The notes: generated by a model not told the origin, from the letters alone. A DNA stretch of 64,000 nt from Octopus sinensis (GCF_006345805.1 NC_042999.1:121148001-121212000), one strand, 5' to 3'; counted from the stretch's first letter, positions 14,151 through 27,804 are shown. Program-made: numbers and translations.

Positions 14151-14539
14151 ATCTAGAATAAGTATAAGATATAAAAGTTTGCGGGCTAGTAAGCAAAAAG
14201 GACACACCTAATAGAGAAGAATCCGAGGTAAATAGTAATATTCGGTGTTATTAAAAAGTAGCTGCCTTATTAATTCAGATTTAAAAACATGAGAAAATGA
14301 AAGTGATGGGTCAGTGAAGCCAGAGTAGGTACTGTTTAATAAAAGTTAGCGACACAGTTGAAACGGTACACGCGCAGTCATGATAAAAAGATCCCGAGAA
14401 AGGAATGTGTAGATGCTGACAACTAAATAGAAATTAATCGAAACAAAGTCAATTGAATAGGTTCGCATGCTGAGATGGTGGAACAGGAAAAGGAACGCGT
14501 AGGAGTTGGTGAAATTTTAAACAAAACAAAAAAGGCTAC

Positions 14540-15282
14540 GAAATTTCAGTTTCAAAAATTGCTAGAAGTTATCCGAATTTCCTTGAGAGTCAAACTATCT
14601 GCTGTAGTCCGAAATTAGTGATCATACTTTAAATTTCCATAAGAGCGAAATTCCATAATCAGAGTTTTCGATACTTGGGTTTTTTCCTATGTTTTTCTTT
14701 AAAACCCTTTATTGGATCTATTAAAAATTTCAGGAGAAAAACAGTCAGATATCATCATTGCGACCACGGTCAAACATTTCCTGTGAAGTCTCTCTATAAT
14801 TTCCGATTTTCCCTTGCTCGTGACAGCTGTTCCTTACTGAGATTTGTATCATCTGAGAGTTGAAAAAGAACTCAGTATAACCATCAGATTAGGGAACTTG
14901 AGCTAGTACATTTATAGCAGAAACCGTGGCATTAGATATGCCATTTACTACTAGGATTGACATAAGCTTTCCTTTAAGGATGAAGTCAAAAGCTTTCTTG
15001 AAGTCAATGCAAGTTAGTACAGCTTTCAACCTCTTTGATCTGACTCTTAGTTGCCTCTGCAGTGTCAATATTTATGAGACGGTTGATCTGTCTAAAACCA
15101 TTTTTATTTATTCTGAGTTTCCAGTTTAAATATGGTCTTATTCTGTTAAGTAACATTCCGTTGTAGATTTTAGCTTCAACTACAAAGTAATTACTCTATA
15201 ATTTGCTGTTTATCCCAGGTCACCTTTCCTGAGTAATGGCACTATTCCTCTTTTTCTTCAGATTTTCGGTACATCTCCTTTG
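14540..15282 (-). mobile_element. RTE-like LINE, RT portion downstream of the gypsy insertion (degenerate)
   Basis: GIVPLLRKGDL..ANYRVITL, KIYNGMLLNRIRPYL...NKNGFR and CIDFKKAFDFI: RT domains 0-3 with stops and frameshifts. Confidence 0.8.
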
Positions 15283-15522
15283 TGTTGTTATTATATATAT
15301 ATATAATGTATTGAGTATTAAAGGAAGTAGTGAGTACTTAGTATGAAAGATTAAGAAAATGAGAGAGACTGAAAAAACGTGTTAACGATACGAGATACTT
15401 TATTAGACTGCCGTTGTTGTACAAGGTATTTGTTGTGGCGGGAAATTTACTGAATGTCCTTGTATCAAGGGAGACAATGGGCAACGTTGATTGTTCATGT
15501 TTGTTGTGATGATTACATAACA
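15283..15522 (-). repeat. 3' LTR of the gypsy element
   Basis: Matches 19580-19819 with 2 substitutions by manual comparison (TGTTGTTA/TGTTGTTG; GAGTATTAAAG/GAGTATAAAAG). Confidence 0.95.
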
Positions 15523-15540
15523 TCTTCCTTTTTTTTTTAA
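15523..15540 (-). promoter_or_regulatory. Polypurine tract
   Basis: Minus strand reads A-run then GGAAGA, directly before the 3' LTR. Confidence 0.8.
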
Positions 15541-15559
15541 TTTTTTTTTTTTTTTATCA

Positions 15560-18500
15560 TCATCTGTATCTACAGGGAATAATTATTCGTCGTCCACTTT
15601 TTGTGGTTTTATTATTTTGTAGTGTTGAATTCTGTAGTTGTGCTGTTTTTGTTTTTTCATGCGTATTTGTTGACTTTGGAAATATATTTTCATAATCTAA
15701 TTCTTCTGTTATGCGAACGTGTTCGTTTGTTTTAAGAATATGTTGTCTATTTCGTTTGACTGTATTACCTTCCTCTGTTATTACTTAGTATGAACGAGGT
15801 TGCTCTAGTTTTTTAATTATTTTGCCCCTTCTAAACCAATTGTTGTTAAACTTAATTCTAACCGTGTCGTGTGGTTTTAACTCTGGGAGCTCTGTTGTAA
15901 TGTTTGATTTCTTCTTTTCGTGAGGCCTGATACCAATTTTGTCGTGTAGTAAGTTTGGGAGATTTGTTCGCAATGTTCTATTCATTATTTGATTTGCAGG
16001 GGATGGTGCACCATTTTGTAATTTAGTCGTGCGTAATGCTAAGAGCGCTAACTGTGGTTCTTCGCCACTTTCGAATGCCTTTTTTAGCGTCTTTTTTATT
16101 GTCTGTATATTTCTCTCAACCATGCCATTCGCTTGATGATAAATCGGGCTTGTCTTCGTGTGATGAAAATGCCAATTTTTTGCAAATTTTTTGAATTCAG
16201 CTGAATTGAATTCTGGACCGTTGTCACTTACAACTGTTTGCGGAATTCCGAATTTAGCAAAAGTTTCTTTTAATTTTTTGATTACGGTTTTTGACTGGCA
16301 ATCATTTATTTCGTGTAGATCAAAAAATCTTGTTGTATAGTCAATAATTGTGACATACGAATTTCCAGACAGGTGAAATACGTCTGTACCCACTTTGGTC
16401 CATGGTGTAGTAGGTATTTCATGATTTATTAGTGGTTCGGCTGATTGTTAGTTTTTGTAGTCGATGCAGTATGAGCATGTGTTAATCATGTCTTTGATTT
16501 GAGCGTTAATGCCAGGCCAGTATATACATTCCTTCGCTCCCTCTATGCATTTTTCGATACCCATGTGTCCGGTATGTATTTCCTGTAGAGCTTCACTACG
16601 TAATGACTTAGGTACAATTATTCTTGAACCTTTTAGAACGAGACCATTGACGATTGATATTTCATCACGAACGGAGACGAATGGTTTGATGTTTATTGGT
16701 ATTTTGTCTTTTGGGGGCCATTCTGTTCTTGTATATGTGATGAGTGTCTGTAGTGACGGGTCGTCTGCAGTGGCTTCTTTATACTCGTTTAATTTAGTGT
16801 CGGTTATGGGGTAATTTTTTATTACTGCATGTATGTGCGATTTCATATCTTCGTCTGATACTTCTGGAGTATTTTGCTCAAGGTATGGTGATAGGGTATC
16901 TGCAACAATTGATTCTTTACCAGGTATGTGGTTTAGGTCAAAATCATATCTTTGTAATGTTAGTAGAAATCTTTGGATTCTGGGGGGGCATTTAATGATC
17001 GATTTTTTGAATATTTGCTTCAACGGTTTATGGTCATTTTCGATTCTGAAATGAGTTCCGTATATAAACTGATGAAATTTCTTGCATGCGAAAACTATAC
17101 TGAGAGCTTCGCTCTCTATCGGACAGTAGTTTTGTTCCGCTTGAGTTGTTGCACGAGATGCAAACGAAACAGGTAGCCATCTTTCGTTGTGTTTCTGCTC
17201 AAGTATCGCTCCGAGCCCATGCTTACTAGCATCTGTAGTTATTTTTATTGGTAGATCTGGATTATAAAATTGTAGCACTGGTTTTCTGGTAATCATTTCT
17301 TTTAGCTTTTTTATTGCTTCGATTTGTGGTTTGTCGAATGACCATAACGTGTCACTCTGTAGAAGCTGGCGTAATGGTGCTGTAACTTCGGAGTAATTAG
17401 ATAAAAATTTACATAGGTAATTTGTCATACCTAGGAATCTTTGTAATTCTTTTTTACTTGTTGGCAGTGGCATGTGAATGATTGCTTGCACTTTGGTTGG
17501 ATCTTGTTTTATCCCTTCGCTGGTTAATAGATGCCCAAGATACGTGATTTGTGATTCATAGAAGATACACTTTGATTTATTTAACTTTAATCCGTGCTTT
17601 CGGATTCGATCGAAAACTTGTTGTAGTCTATTTGTGTGTTCTTCTAAAGTGCTGGACCAGATTATGATGTCATCCTGTGAATTTCTTGCTCCTTCTATGC
17701 CCTCTATTATTTTTGCAATTTCTTATTGGAAAACTTCACTGGCGCTGTGAATTCCAAAGGGTAGTCGTGTGAAGCGATACCTTCCAAAAGGTGTGTTGAA
17801 CGTTAACAGATTGGAGCTTTCTTCGTCAACTGGAATTTGCCAGTATCCATTAGATGCATCGAGTTTCGAAAAATATTTAGGGTTATGCATTTGTGCAAAA
17901 ATGTCCTCCGCTGTAGGGAGTTTGAAATGTTGCCTTTTTATGGCTTTGTTTAGATTCTTGGGGTCTAAACAGAGTCGGAGTTTTCCGTTGGCTTTTTCAA
18001 CGATGACTAGGGAATTTACCCAGTCTGTAGGTTCACTAACAGGTTTTATGATACCTAATTCTGTTATTCTTTTTAATTCTTTGTTGAGTTTTTCTTTTAT
18101 AGAAAAAGGAACCGATCTTGGTGGATGAATTACAGGAGTTATTTGTGGATCCACTGTGATATAATGTGTTATTGACAAAGTGCCGATTTCTCCGAAACAG
18201 TCTTCATATTTTTCTATTATGTCGTTTGTGTTCGACGAGTTTATTTTTGAAATTTTCTGAATTAGGTTCAGATCTTTAGCTGTCTTTGCATCTATAACTG
18301 CGTGCGAGTTTGTTTTTGCAACAATGAATTTTATTTGTTTTGATAATTCTTTGTATTTAATGACTGCTGTGCATTTTCCTAGCACTTTTATAGCTGTGTT
18401 ATTGTAAGCTGATAATCGAGTTGAGGTTTTTTGCAGTTGTGGTTTTGGAATTATATTCTTATATTCTCTGAATGGCAGTACGGTTACGTCTGCTCCAGTA

Positions 18501-19501
18501 TCAATTTTGAATGTTACATTCGAATTGTTCACTTTTAGTTCAACCGTCCAAATGTCTTTTGGAGTCTTGAATTTTTCGATTTTGTGCACGCGAGAATTAT
18601 TTGCAGTGATCATTTCGAGTGCATGTGTATCGTCATCTGATTCTTCGTCGGTATGTATCTCTACTTTATGTACAAATTTTCTTGATTTGCACATTTTTGC
18701 ATAGTGTCTTTGTTTCTTGCATTTTTCACATGTCTTGTGAAATGCTGGGCATTTATTTCTTTCGTAATTATAACCACAATAGTGACAGTTAGTGACGTAG
18801 TGTTGACTTGGCGCTTGAAACTTCGCGGGCTTTCTGTCACTTCCGCCTTGTTCGTTTTGATGTCTGGATTGCATATGGCGAGTTATTTGAGTTTTGGCGC
18901 CTTTTCTGTTGTGTTGACTATATACCCTCGAGATTTCGTTATCTCTTGTTTCGGATGTGGCATTTAGCATCCTTGATTGGAGTCGTGTTTGCTCTGCACT
19001 CTGACCTGCTTGAATTGTTTTTTGTAGGTCTAAATTTGGTTCTCTCAATAATCTTTCTCTTAATCTCATGTCTCTGATTCCACATATCAGAATATCTTTG
19101 GTGAGACTGTCTGTGAGGTTGCCGAATTCGCACTGTTGTGCCTTTTGGTGCAACTCTACCACGTACTCATCGAATTTTTGATGTTCCGCTTGTCCACATG
19201 TGAAGAATTTGTGTTTCAGGAAAGTTATGTTTTTCCTGGGTTCACAATATGCATCGAATTTTTCGATTACTGTTTGAAGGTTCATTTCTTCGTCGGGTGA
19301 ATCGAAATCCAGAGTGGAATGGATGTCTCGGCCTTTGGAACCGATGCAAGTTAAAAACATTGAAGTTTTTACTTTGTCTGGCTTCATGTCACTTTCTGTT
19401 GCTATCAAAAAGAGATTGAATTCTTTTTCCCACTTTTTCCATGCTGCGGCTAGATTTTCCTGATTAAAGTCTAGGTCTTTTGGATGCGGTAAATTTTCCA
19501 T
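15560..19501 (-). pseudogene. Single-frame gag-pol polyprotein (1314 codons) with three internal TAA stops
   Basis: Gag with two Cys knuckles, PR DTGAD, RT LDASNGYWQ/SQDD, RNaseH DAS..ENDHKPL, INT HxxxH..CxxC and DNGPEF/ERNIQT. Track ORFs 17723..19525, 16448..17491 and 15785..16393 share one frame, and the gaps translate open. Confidence 0.92.
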
Positions 19502-19568
19502 TTCGTCTTTGAAGTATGATTTCAACTTCTTTTTTCTTTTGGTTTCTGTATTTTGGGTTCTTTTAGTA

Positions 19569-19579
19569 TTCTGACACCA
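19569..19579 (-). promoter_or_regulatory. Primer-binding site (tRNA-Leu type)
   Basis: TGGTGTCAGAA directly after the 5' LTR. It matches the first 11 nt of the complement of the common tRNA-Leu 3' end. Confidence 0.8.
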
Positions 19580-19819
19580 TGTTGTTGTTATATATATATA
19601 TAATGTATTGAGTATAAAAGGAAGTAGTGAGTACTTAGTATGAAAGATTAAGAAAATGAGAGAGACTGAAAAAACGTGTTAACGATACGAGATACTTTAT
19701 TAGACTGCCGTTGTTGTACAAGGTATTTGTTGTGGCGGGAAATTTACTGAATGTCCTTGTATCAAGGGAGACAATGGGCAACGTTGATTGTTCATGTTTG
19801 TTGTGATGATTACATAACA
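19580..19819 (-). repeat. 5' LTR of the gypsy element
   Basis: See the 3' LTR entry. Confidence 0.95.
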
Positions 19820-20545
19820 CTTTGAAGGGCTTTCGGCAAATTTCAAGCAGCTCATCATTCATGCATACTTTCCATACTTCTGCTGATATATTATCCAAAC
19901 CTGTTACTTTGTTGCTTTGTGTCGATTTGATAGTATCTTTCAATTCCTGCACTGTAAAATCACTAATATCAATAGGTGTTGGATCATACACCTTATCAAT
20001 ATTTCCTTCAACTCTCAAAGGAGGTTGTCCAACTAACTTAGTAAACTGCTATTTCCACAACTCTTCTCTTTCTTCGGGGCTTTTAACTTTTATCTTACCT
20101 TGGTTTGGTTTTCTTTCTTCCAGTTATTTCATTGATAACATTCCATACAATCTAAGCAAGCTTAACTTTTAGATTCAAGTGAACATTATGCAGTAGTTCT
20201 ACTTTCTCCTTAATGTAGTTTCTTGGTTCTTTGATAGAAGAATCATCCAAATTCCTTTTGCTTCAGCAACAAGCAGTTTATTTCTTTCAGTCGGATGTAG
20301 CATATGTTTATAATGAGCACTTTTTAATTCTTTCCTTTTCCTTGTTACTTCTTGGTTTTCTCATGGGATCTTCTTCTTTACTTTGTGCCGTTTCAAAGGT
20401 ATATGGAGTTATGCAGCATTTTTGCGTGCTTCAATTATGTTCTCATACATTATGTTAGCAGAGTTGTCTTGAGTTTGGTCTTGAAGAGCATGGGATTTCT
20501 TACTAATTTCAACTGTGTAATTTTCTCTGTTCTCATTCGTGTTTA
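19820..20545 (-). mobile_element. RTE-like LINE, portion upstream of the gypsy insertion
   Basis: WNVINEITGR..WK.QFTKLVGQPP..DFTVQELKDTIK..NKVTGLDNISAEVWK..LLEIC (EN-RT linker). It continues at 15282 once the gypsy and one TSD are removed. Confidence 0.8.
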
Positions 20546-21570
20546 GCTCAGATATCAACAATCAAAATACCAGACAATAGAAAGTTGTCGGTAAAATATT
20601 TGTTTGAAAAGATGGTATAAATACAGAGGTTTATGATGGAATGAGTTTGGTATTCAATTGAAGCAACATTATGGTCTAGAGATAATGATATTATCTCCTT
20701 GTGCTTCATTCTTTCTTAATTGGATCTTTGCTATTTGTGTTCCATCTATATGTAAGAATACTTATTAAAAGTTTTGCGTAGATCAATCACTTTTTAAAAA
20801 ATGGCATTACCGTCTTCAGTGATTGGAATCAATTAAATGCATTCAATTGATTCTTCTTTAGAAGTGACGCAAATGATTTCTTTTCCATCCGGGAAATCTC
20901 ACATAACGATGTTTATATCGCTTGAAACCACCAAAGATCGAGAATCTAATCCATTTATATAATTTGTGAGTGCAAATTTACCTTTTAAATAAGCTCACCA
21001 TATTTATTTTGCTTTGATTGAAATTCTTGTTCAATATTATTCTTAAATCAATCAAAGAACTGATAAAATGAAATATAATCGAAGTGTTTACACGTGTTTA
21101 TGACTTTAATATCATCATTTTTCTAATTATTATTTTTTAAAGAATATTTTTATCCAAGCGTATGTTCTTTTTTTCCCTTCTGTAACATTATCTAACGTGT
21201 TAACATGTGAACATTATTATTACTATCTAGGACTGGATCTTTGGATTTGCTTATATTATGTGTATAATAAATACTAGCCATTCACAATTAAAAGTACCAT
21301 TAAAAGGAACATTTCTGGTTTTATTGTTAGTTTTTAATTCTCGGTGAGCAGTTAAACATTTACACGGTGTATATAATAAGCAAACAGGTATCTGTATCAA
21401 AACCACCCGACAAAAGAAGTGGAAAATAAGTAATCAACTTACAGTTAATCTGAGTTTCAAGATCGCAAATAAAAAAACAATGGAGAATGTTCGCATGAGA
21501 TCAGATTGTCCTGAATGATCATAAAAATGCTGCGTAGCTGAGGACTGTTAATATTAAAATAACACCGCTA

Positions 21571-21750
21571 AGGTGGCGAGCTGGCAGAATCGTTAGCGGG
21601 CAATATGTTTTGAGTTCAATTTCCGCCGAGGTCGACTTTGTTTTTATCCTTTCGGGTCTATAAGATAAATACCAGTTGAACACAGGGGTCCATGTAATCG
21701 ATTTATCATCTCCTCCGAAATTGCAGGCCTTGTGCCAAAATTTGAAATCG
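21571..21750 (+). mobile_element. SINE family A, diverged
   Basis: GGCGAGCTGGCAGAATCGTTAGC head and CCGCCGAGGTCGACTTTG core. Confidence 0.75.
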
Positions 21751-24169
21751 ATATTAAAAAACGAGCCATAGTATAAATTTTTTATATGAACAGTCTGAAA
21801 TTTAAGTTTGAGCTACTGATATCTGAGTTTGAACCTTACAAGAAGTTAACTATTTGTATGGGTTGGTGCCAAGTGGCGTTCATCTAGTTTTATGAATTTG
21901 AAACTTTGTTTCCCAAATAAAAGACAATAAATAATTTACGGACGTGTTATGCAAATAGTTTCACATGGAACAGTGTTGAAAGTAAACCCATTGCAGCACG
22001 GAAGACGCATGTTAGCCATTCAGAAACATACTAAGACTTAACCTCACTTAAACAGGTAATTTCGAACGACAAAGAATTTGATTCCCTATTACAAACAATA
22101 AATGTTCAAGTGAAGATAACAATCTTTGCATGTTTCTAATAAGTAATTTATTATTCATACATTACCGGAGTTATGATAGATCACCTTGAGTATTTAAACG
22201 TTTCCTGAAAAGAAACTAACGTCACTTATTAGATATATAACGGTCAGGATGTTATGGTTGTGATTGGTATGAAGCTTTGTAAGTTTAGAAGCCTGCGCGT
22301 TGGTTAATTCCTAATCCATGGAATAAATGATAGGAGAAATAGATCAAATTTAACATAACTTTTATTCAACCGTCACCAATTTTATTCACAACTTCAAGCT
22401 GGAAGTAGATTACAAATCTTAGTTTGTAAATAGAAACTTTGCCTAGAATGCTTAGGTAATGTGAGAAAGGAGGCTGTAGTAATAAGGTTGGTGCGGTGCT
22501 GTTGATGACAAGAGGAAAGAAGGAGCAAGCGAGATGCTACTTTGAGACCGCCAAATAAAAGATAGGATATGATGATACACGCTGCTTCTGACTTAGCTGG
22601 GGAAGAGGGAGAACATGTTACCACAACGACAGATGGCAAGTAAAAGAGGGAAGAATTCTATTTAGTATTTATAACAATTCCATAACAAACCGAATCAAAG
22701 TAACAATGGATATTTCGTGAGTTATCTAGGTTAAAATGGACTTGCCGGAAGATGGTGAACAAGTTGACATAAATTTCCGAGTGCAAAACCTGAAAACAAC
22801 GCGAAGAAATTTGTAATAACATTCAGACTGAATTCTCTCTTCATGGTTGAGGATCCATGGTCTAAACGTCTCAAATTACTTATATGATATAGATATAGAT
22901 TTACGAGTGATGTGATAGTGATCTATTTAGTAGTTTGGGTAGTTTGAAGATTTTAATTTGAAGTTTACAGGTTAGTCACATTGGCAAAACCTCTCTCTTT
23001 CCCAATCATAAACGCAGAAATCTAACACAGCTTTACAAGATACAAATTTCTTTCGACTTAGTTCTGGTCTGCGGTACATGTTAATGTCAAAATTAAGTAG
23101 ATAATTTACTCAGTCCCCAATTGGTTCAGTCATCTGCACTCTTGTACACACCTGCAAGCACATACACACCCACGCACGCATACACACAAGCACGCACGCA
23201 CACACACAAACACATGAATACACGCACACATATCTATTTATATAATTTATATACATACATACGTATATACATGTTTGTCTTTTTATGTTCATTTATAATA
23301 CAAACAATTTTACATTAATCTGATGGTTTACTCTGTACATTTGTTGAGTACAAATTTATTATTTTTAAGCAAGAATACTATTGACTGTCACTTTGAAAAT
23401 TCGGCCAGTTAAACCATCGTCTGATGATATTAAACATTTATGTATACACATACTCACATACATAGATTATAGAAGATGAAAGCCAATCATTATTTAAAAC
23501 AAAACAAAAATAAAACGAATTACAGAAAATCTAATTGTCTATTTCAAATGGTAGATATAGTTGTGTACATGTGTGTGTGAGAGAGAGGGAGGGAGAGAGA
23601 AAGAGAGAGGAGGAGAGAGAAAGCTTCTGAATAACAGCAAATTGTATACTACAATGAAATCGCTATCCAGTGAATTTTCTGATATTGTATTATTTTTCGT
23701 GAATCAAAGCTATATTCATATATACGTGCACACTCTCCCATATTCACGTGTTACTGCGTATAAATGAAAGAGGCAATTTGTACTAAATACATGATGTGGA
23801 GCTTATTTCTTTAAACTGAGGTTCTTGTCACTACAGGAGTTCCTCTCTACAAGTTCCTCTCTTAAAATATCACAGTAGTGGGCCATCTCTCAGTTTAATT
23901 AAACGCATGATAATCAAACTCTACACTATATACAGTAGTAACTGGGAACTTTTTGATATTGTTACAGTACCAGTATTAAGTACTATTTTCATATAGCTAC
24001 ATAGTTATATGGTTGTACTCGAGATAGAAGAGATAGCACAATATTAAAATGATCATTATTATTCATTTATCCATGCACCAGTGATATTAAATTGAGCCGA
24101 CCTACATTTTGGTTTCATTAACGAGTGATTAGTCGTATTATATGAGAAACAGAACAGTCGGTTATACTT

Positions 24170-24320
24170 ATTTCTCAGTTCTCAGCTGGCTTGGTTAATT
24201 TATTTCATCGACAACGAGAAGATGAAAGACAAAATCGACACTGGCGGGATTAGAACTTCAAAACAACGACCGTAACTATATGTCACACAACAATTTTCCC
24301 AGCGCTCTAGATTCTGCCAT
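24170..24320 (-). mobile_element. SINE family A, highly diverged
   Basis: ATTTCATCGAC...GATGAAAGACAAAATCGAC..GGCGGGATTAGAACT is the reverse of the core. Confidence 0.5.
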
Positions 24321-25699
24321 TCTAGAGTTCTGTTATGAAACTAGAAAATCATAAAATTTCGTTTCCTAATCTGCAATAATATAAGTAGTTGCTTTGCAGA
24401 AGAAATTGCAGCATCACTTAGTTATTCTAAAACAAGTGGAATCAAAGATAAAAAGTACCAGACGTTTAATATGGTAATGTTTTGGTTTACTTTCTCACTC
24501 TTCTTTACGTGTTGTCACTAAATACAATCTCACACAGACTAACTTATTGATCGTGGCATACTGCTTTATCTTCATGGGAGCCAATGACAATGACGCTGCA
24601 GAAAATGAATGTATCTTCAGAGGTCGTCAGAATATAAAATAGCTTTAAACGTTAATAAATATTTCCTCTTAATAGTAATACGTAACGATTATTGTCTGGA
24701 AATGTTACGTAGGATTCTGAGTAGATCTTTTTAAGAAGCAAAAATTGATCAAGAAAAATATTAGACATTATAAATGAATTATATAAATGACCATGACAAT
24801 CGTATAAAACTTTTACAAGCTGATCTGAAACGTAATTTATTCTTCATTTACAAAACAGAAAGGTTTTGCGAGAGAAGAAATGCAGTGCTGTGATATTCAT
24901 GAGTTTCCAAATAACATAAGCAGAAGCTGAATATTTGACTTGAAAAATATTATGCCCCATACTGAAACTATCACTAAAGAACGTTATCGACAAAACTCAA
25001 CATTTATTTACGAAAATCCATTAACAATATTTCACATTTAGGAAAATCCATTATGACAAATTCTTTCAAATGTTTTATTTTTCTATGCTACAAAATTTAA
25101 GTATATTAGACTCTATAATTGGAAGTGCTTCCATGTAAATAGTAATTGTATTTCTGCGTGATGCAACATGAATTAATGCGGAAATTTAGAGTACCAGATA
25201 AACATGACTGAAATCAAATGCACTTCATTGAACCATTGTTATAACGATATTGCACCTAATTAAAAGGAACCTTGTTAATGGCTTTTGCTGATATTTAAAA
25301 TACGCATATAATAGACTAATCTTAAATATAACTTATATATATATATATATATTCAGTTATTTAAGCGATTATTCTTAAATACAAAACTCTAAGTAGGTGA
25401 AGCAAATATAAAAGCCAAAATTATTCGAATCAGCTTTGTTCATTCATTATCGTCCTATACTTCATGCCGAATTTATAAAATACTGTACAATTCGGACACC
25501 TCTGTCAATTGTCATACAGAATATAAAGGTAAACAAGATACATTAGTCTTGTGATCTAGTTGACTCAAGAAATGCATTAAGTAGTTTACATCAAAATGTA
25601 ACTGACTATAGTGTGGGGAACATTGGGAATTCAGAGTCCATAGTCTCTCACAATTCAATGTTGTAGATGACTTTTGTCCTTGACATTATTTTTTAACAT

Positions 25700-26048
25700 G
25701 AAATAAAAGCAGAAAGCATGTAATGACCCTGCGGCGCAAGTTGACCAAAATTGAGAGTATGATAGAAGGCTTGCTCTTCTTTCCGTAGAAGAAAAATTTC
25801 AAATCGGATCATGTAAAGATTTTAAAAATATTAACATCAAGGTGCTTTTTTCTATGACCCCCCCCCCACCTTTTTTACGATTCTTTTGACTACTGTGTCG
25901 CTATTTTTCGGTTGCATTTCAAACAGAAAAATGTTCACTTAAAGAGAATAACAAGCTACATAATGCAAAATATTTACTTTTCAAAAATTCCAATTCTAAA
26001 GGGTCGAAAAGAAAACAAACTCGAGCAACGCCGGGCTATACTGCTAGT
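25700..26048 (+). mobile_element. Non-autonomous Helitron-like 3' portion
   Basis: Ends GAGCAACGCCGGGCTATACTG-CTAG|T, a GC-rich subterminal motif then CTAG before a T, as in rolling-circle 3' ends. Confidence 0.55.
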
Positions 26049-27169
26049 TTGAGAATAAAAATTAAGAGACAGCGGGTATTAGCTTTCAGAAATTAAGAGT
26101 TCAATCTATACACATTTATACACAATAATCAAAATATACGGAGCATAATGAAGTATGCACCAGCTAATACTGACAAATCAATTTAGAATTATGGGATATT
26201 GATAACACTTTTTCGTTAAAAGCATCTCATATATATCCAATATCAAACAATAAAAGATGGTGTCATTTGTGTACGCGGATTACTTCAGCGCGTTATAGTT
26301 ATCTTTTCGATTTTGAGAATGAGGAAATAAGAAAATGACAATATTCTCAAACAGAAACTTTGTCATTTATCTAGCGTTTCATTTTTCTCTCAACTAAACA
26401 ATACTCTATTATAGAATTCATCTACAGAACTCTTTCGATGCTACAAAACGTTTTAAACGCTAAATTACTTTCATCTCATGCTGCAGCATGGCCAACGCAA
26501 CAATAGACTGCACTAACTAAACAACCGAATGACTAACCAACAATGAAACATGTCTAAAAGCTATAGAACAAAGGTTTCCTGTTCTCTTGAATGGCTTCTT
26601 ATTTCTACAAATTTCAATTATAGGATTCTCAATTACATCACATTCATAATGGAGCTTCAGTATTACTTTTCTTTAACAGCTATATTTCGTGATCTTCACA
26701 TACAGCTTTCGTAAAAGTAGCAAATTTCAAATGAAACTGTCTTAATTGATTTATATACATTTTTTTAATGGCATAGTCAAAGGGGGAATAGCAACGACCA
26801 TTATCTTTTGATGGCCTCCGAGACTAGTGAAAGGAACCGAATGCTTTTGATTCTTAAACGTTGTCTTCGATTGTCTCATTTCAGTTTCCAGCGATTTAAA
26901 TCAGAATCCTATACGCATTCTTTATTGCATATTTAAAGCTTTAAAAAAATTCTCATTTTCAAGTGACATAATATCATTATACTGCTGAATACAATTCAAT
27001 ATACAGGTAAATACAAAAACAGCTAATTTTAGACAACGAAATGTATGGTTTCGGTGTTCCAAGCTCTGTTCACTAACACACTTTGTATATTCTGATATTC
27101 ACAAGTAGCTTAATTTGTTGTTAGCCAGTGTCACAATCATGGGATTTGTAAGGGACTACATATTCTAGG

Positions 27170-27500
27170 CAGGAGCTATGCCCTAATACATATCAATTCC
27201 ATTTGGACTCAGAAGTGAAAAGCAGAAAGGAATGCAGCTAAGCATTTTGTCCGACGTGCTAACGATTCTGACCGCTCGCTGCCTTACACACAACAGTAAT
27301 AATCCTTTCTACTAACAGGTACAAAGCCTTGAATTTTTTACGAGGGAACTAGTCGATTACATCAACCCAATGCTAAACTGGTACTTATTTCACAAATCCT
27401 GAAAGGATGAAAGGCAGAGTCGACCTCGATGGCATTCGAAATCCGAACGTAAAGTTGAAAGAAATGCCGCTAAGTTTCCGGCACTATAACGTTTCTTAAC
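27170..27500 (-). mobile_element. Two SINE family A fragments in tandem
   Basis: Reverse-strand head at 27170-27285 and reverse core plus head at 27300-27500. Confidence 0.65.
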
Positions 27501-27804
27501 AATAAAAATACTACCTAAATAGAAGCTAGTCACCAATACTAACGGTGTAACATGTATTATCTACAGAATGGACAGCAGCTGAAGGGTATCTTTTTTATTT
27601 CAGGTAAACTGATATTCGCATATCCTTTACATCGAGTGTGATCATAAATATATTTTATTTAAAACACAATCATTTTTGTTAAGATAAACTATTGTTTCCA
27701 TTTTTGGATAATAAATCTGGTTGTCTTCAGTCAACCAAGTTGTCTTTGTAAGCCTGTTATATATTGGAATGGTGTGTGAACAGCATAGCAGATATATATT
27801 TATA

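Larger units (their letters stand above)
15283..19819 (-). mobile_element. Complete Ty3/gypsy LTR retrotransposon (Mag-like), 4537 bp
   Basis: 240-bp TG...CA LTRs, 5-bp TSD CTTTG (15278-15282 and 19820-19824), PBS, PPT, and gag-PR-RT-RNaseH-INT domain order. Confidence 0.97.

Noticed and set aside
15338-15523. 61-aa ORF repeated in both LTRs, and the 127-aa ORF 19635..20018
   Set aside because: An incidental LTR frame. The longer ORF is a LINE-LTR fusion made by the insertion.
20760-21000. Minus frame YINGLDSRSLVVSSDINIVM*DFPDGKEIICV...
   Set aside because: It has multiple stops and no recognisable domain. Possibly a TE relic, but unsupported.
24530-24640. Exon-like segments on both strands (TNLLIVAYCFIFMGANDND... 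and SLSLAPMKIKQYATIN)
   Set aside because: No phase-compatible partner exons were found.
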